Below are positions 63,517 to 64,000 of a stretch of 64,000 bases of DNA, piece by piece. Below the pieces are notes generated by a model, which saw only the letters and a program-made list of their open reading frames with translations, did no database searches and was not told the origin of the DNA. Made by a program: the position numbers and the translations under genes. Source of the DNA: Barthelona sp. PCE (Eukaryota); assembly GCA_040285745.1 (NCBI GenBank), contig JAUFOR010000003.1, positions 1,488,001 through 1,552,000 of the forward strand, read 5' to 3'. The first letter of the stretch is position 1, and each line of letters starts with the position of its first letter.

Positions 63517-64000
63517 ATGGACTTCATTGCAGAAGATTTTGAGAAAACTTTCAAGGTTGTCGTTATTGGTGATGGCCGAAGTGGTAAATCAAGCATGATT
63601 AAACGTTACTGCGAAGGTGTTTTCAATGCAGACTACAAAAAGACTATCGGTGTTAATTTCCTGGAGAAAACATGCTATTACGAGCGCGACGACCAGGATG
63701 TTACATTGCATATTTGGGATACAGCAGGGCAGGAAGAATTTTCCTCTCTAACACAGCATTACTACCGTGGATCTTCAGCATGCATCATTGTGTGCTCTCT
63801 TGACAACTACGACAGCTTTGAACATATTCTTGAATGGAAAGAGAAAGTTTTAGAGGAGGTTGGGCAGATTCCAATATGTTTTGCCATTAATAAGATGGAT
63901 CTGATTGGAACCGAAGAAGCACAATTTACCCTTGAAGATGTCGAGAACAGGTTTTATATGATGAAGATGAAACATTTCGAATGCTCTGTGAAAGACGATA
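63517..64000 (+). CDS. RAB23: Rab23 (3'-partial, absent from the ORF track)
   Basis: Manual translation gives MDFIAEDFEKTFKVVVIGDGRSGKSSMIKRYCEGVFNADYKKTIGVNFLEK...WDTAGQEEFSSLTQHYYRG. GKSSMI.RYC.G.F..DYKKTIGV and GQEEF are Rab23 signatures. Confidence 0.9.
   Translation, partial: MDFIAEDFEKTFKVVVIGDGRSGKSSMIKRYCEGVFNADYKKTIGVNFLEKTCYYERDDQDVTLHIWDTAGQEEFSSLTQHYYRGSSACIIVCSLDNYDSFEHILEWKEKVLEEVGQIPICFAINKMDLIGTEEAQFTLEDVENRFYMMKMKHFECSVKDD

Noticed and set aside
1-64000. tRNA, rRNA or telomeric repeats
   Set aside because: None recognised by eye. tRNAscan-SE or Infernal would be needed to exclude them.

Overview
Gene-dense eukaryotic DNA, not prokaryotic. It holds about 39 mostly intronless protein genes with very short spacers and, in places, overlapping 3' ends. 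Three short spliceosomal introns (42-64 nt) have GTAT(G/A) donors and a branch point at a fixed distance from the acceptor (CT(A/C)AC-NNN-TAG). A (A/T)GTAAA motif recurs at gene ends. Together with many flagellar genes, this suggests a compact-genome flagellate protist, probably a metamonad (inference). The standard genetic code fits. Genes recognised from motifs by eye: HBS1, a Qc-SNARE, RICTOR, GCN5, a RING-less COP1-like WD40 protein, tectonic, PDCD5, a BROMI/TBC1D32-like protein, a DEAH splicing helicase, an RIIa/EF-hand radial-spoke-like protein, PF16/SPAG6, TAF10, NOT2, PUF6, a DNAJB13-like protein, ABHD13, SIW14, cystatin, BLTP2, an NT-C2 protein, OST48, Rab21 and a partial Rab23. The most notable observations are: a large divergent hAT-like DDE transposase; a Spp2/GPKOW-like gene head-to-head with a Prp2-like helicase; all confident introns lying in axonemal genes; and a His/Met/Cys-repeat orphan protein. 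No database search was run.
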